This document shows positions 62,686 through 64,000 of a stretch of 64,000 nucleotides of DNA, in pieces. The DNA comes from Chlorokybus atmophyticus (Eukaryota; Plantae; Mesostigma and Chlorokybus algae). The notes under the pieces were generated by a model. The model saw only the letters and a program-made list of their open reading frames with translations. It ran no database searches and was not told the DNA's origin. Positions within the stretch are counted from its first letter, which is position 1. Each line of letters opens with the position of its first letter. The stretch is from positions 248,001-312,000 of the forward strand of contig RHPI01001737.1 of NCBI GenBank assembly GCA_009103225.1, read 5' to 3'. The position numbers and the translations under genes were made by a program.

Positions 62686-63771
62686 TGTAACGGGAAGGCA
62701 CAGTTATTTACCACAAATTGACCATAAAAGTACCAATTCTTTTGTGGTCGAGTGGGCTGTGACATTGGTCATCGGAGCTTGAGACCCGGGTTCGATTCCT
62801 GCCTTGCACACGAATTCCGCGGTCGTTGTTTCTCGATCCAATAACATCGTAAATGGTCACTTTATGAGTGCCATCATCGATGGGTCTTGCCTAATGGCAG
62901 TCGCGCCGAACTGACCAGTTCAGTCGGCGCGGCAGGGCGCGACCTGCCTATCGCGGCGACGCGACCTGTGGGGCCGGCAGCGGCGCGCTATGCGCGCGTT
63001 GACCGGTATGGGCCTAAATTAGCCGGTCCTTGGATGGTGGGGCCGGTGACCGACCCTAAATCAGACCCCTGGGAAGGAAATTCCCCAGCTGATGAGAGCG
63101 CCAGCTGCCGAGGACGTCAGCGTTCTTAAGTGGGGGGGAATGTAACGGGAAGGTACATTAAATTACCACAAATCGACCATAAAAGCACCAAGTCTTTTGT
63201 GGTCGAGTGGGCTGTGACATTGGTATCGGAGCTTGAGACCCGGGTTCGATTCCTGCCTTGCACACGAATTCCGCGGTCGTTGTTTCTCGATCCAATAATC
63301 GTAAATGGTCACTTTATGAGTGCCATCATCGATGGGTCGCGACTTGCCTAATGGCAGTCGCGCCGAACTGACCAGTTCAGTCGGCGCGGCAGGGCGCGAC
63401 CTGCCTATCGCGGCGACGCGACCTGTGGGGCCGGCAGCGGCGCGCTATGCGCGCGTTGACCGGTATGGGCCTAAATTAGCCGGTCCTTGGATGGTGGGGC
63501 CGGTGACCGACCCTAAATCAGACCCCTGGGAAGGAAATTCCCCAGCTGATGAGAGCGCCAGCTGCCGAGGACGTCAGCGTTCTTAAGTGGCGGGGGAATG
63601 TAACGGGAAGGCACATTGAATTACCACAAATCGACCATAAAAGCACCAAGTCTTTTGTGGTCGAGTGGGCTGTGACATTAATGTGACATTAATGTCACAG
63701 CCCACTCGACCACAAAAGACTTGGTGCTTTTATGGTCGATTTGTGGTAATTCAATGTGCCTTCCCGTTACA
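62686..63771 (+). mobile_element. Tandem TRIM array: LTR-internal-LTR-internal-LTR plus an inverted LTR, with TSD ACAAC
   Basis: 79-bp LTRs at 62686-62764, 63141-63219 and 63599-63677, and an inverted copy at 63693-63771. PBS tggt(c)atcggagc and PPT aagtgggggggaa. ACAAC at 62681-62685 and 63772-63776. Confidence 0.95.
62745..62799 (+). promoter_or_regulatory. Putative split Pol III type-2 promoter (second copy at 63200-63253)
   Basis: A-box TGGTCGAGTGG (62745-62755) lies in the LTR. A consensus B-box GGTTCGATTCC (62789-62799) lies after the PBS, with 44-nt spacing as in tRNA genes. Confidence 0.7.
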
Positions 63772-64000
63772 ACAACAATAGCGAAGTTTATGCATAGTTA
63801 TGGTTGCGGTCAATAACGAGCTATCTTTGTGTGCATGGCATTATGGTATTCTAATGCTATGATCACGACAGGTGTCACCACAATAATTGCACATACGGAG
63901 ATGTAATATGTTATGCCGCATTGTAACGATACCTCGTATAGTTAGTGTTATTAGCTATGAAACATATGTTTTTTAATATGTGGAATTGGGCTATTTTAAC

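Noticed and set aside
62735-62812. Functional tRNA gene
   Set aside because: It has A/B boxes and a T-arm, but no anticodon arm or closed acceptor stem, and it is part of a TSD-flanked TRIM.

Overview
Eukaryotic window, most likely a streptophyte green alga. This is inferred from a plant-type SIZ1, a D27-like gene, a P-class PPR gene, short GT-AG introns and DNMT-bearing Ty3/gypsy elements. Bases 1-6.5 kb are low-complexity and repeat DNA, including a tandemly duplicated 939-bp unit with long poly-C tracts that are probably partly assembly artefact. Bases 6.6-39 kb are a nested LTR-retrotransposon cluster with two kinds of gypsy element. The first kind is two chromovirus copies sharing an in-frame GGGAAAC -1 frameshift site. 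The second kind is a family with the order gag-protease-DNMT3-like cytosine methyltransferase-RT-RNaseH-integrase-PHD finger. It is present as one 1609-aa open ORF plus several decayed or deleted copies. Bases 41.8-60 kb hold four host genes: a secreted NIDO/PKD/PDF1-like protein, a D27-like carotene isomerase, a PPR protein and SIZ1. Three miniature LTR elements (TRIMs, at 19.1, 61.6 and 62.7 kb) share an unusual design. A tRNA-type Pol III A-box lies in the LTR and the B-box/T-arm lies just after the PBS, so a complete promoter forms only at an LTR-internal junction. The 62.7-kb TRIM is a tandem array ending in a perfect 173-bp palindrome. All alignments were done by eye and no database searches were run.
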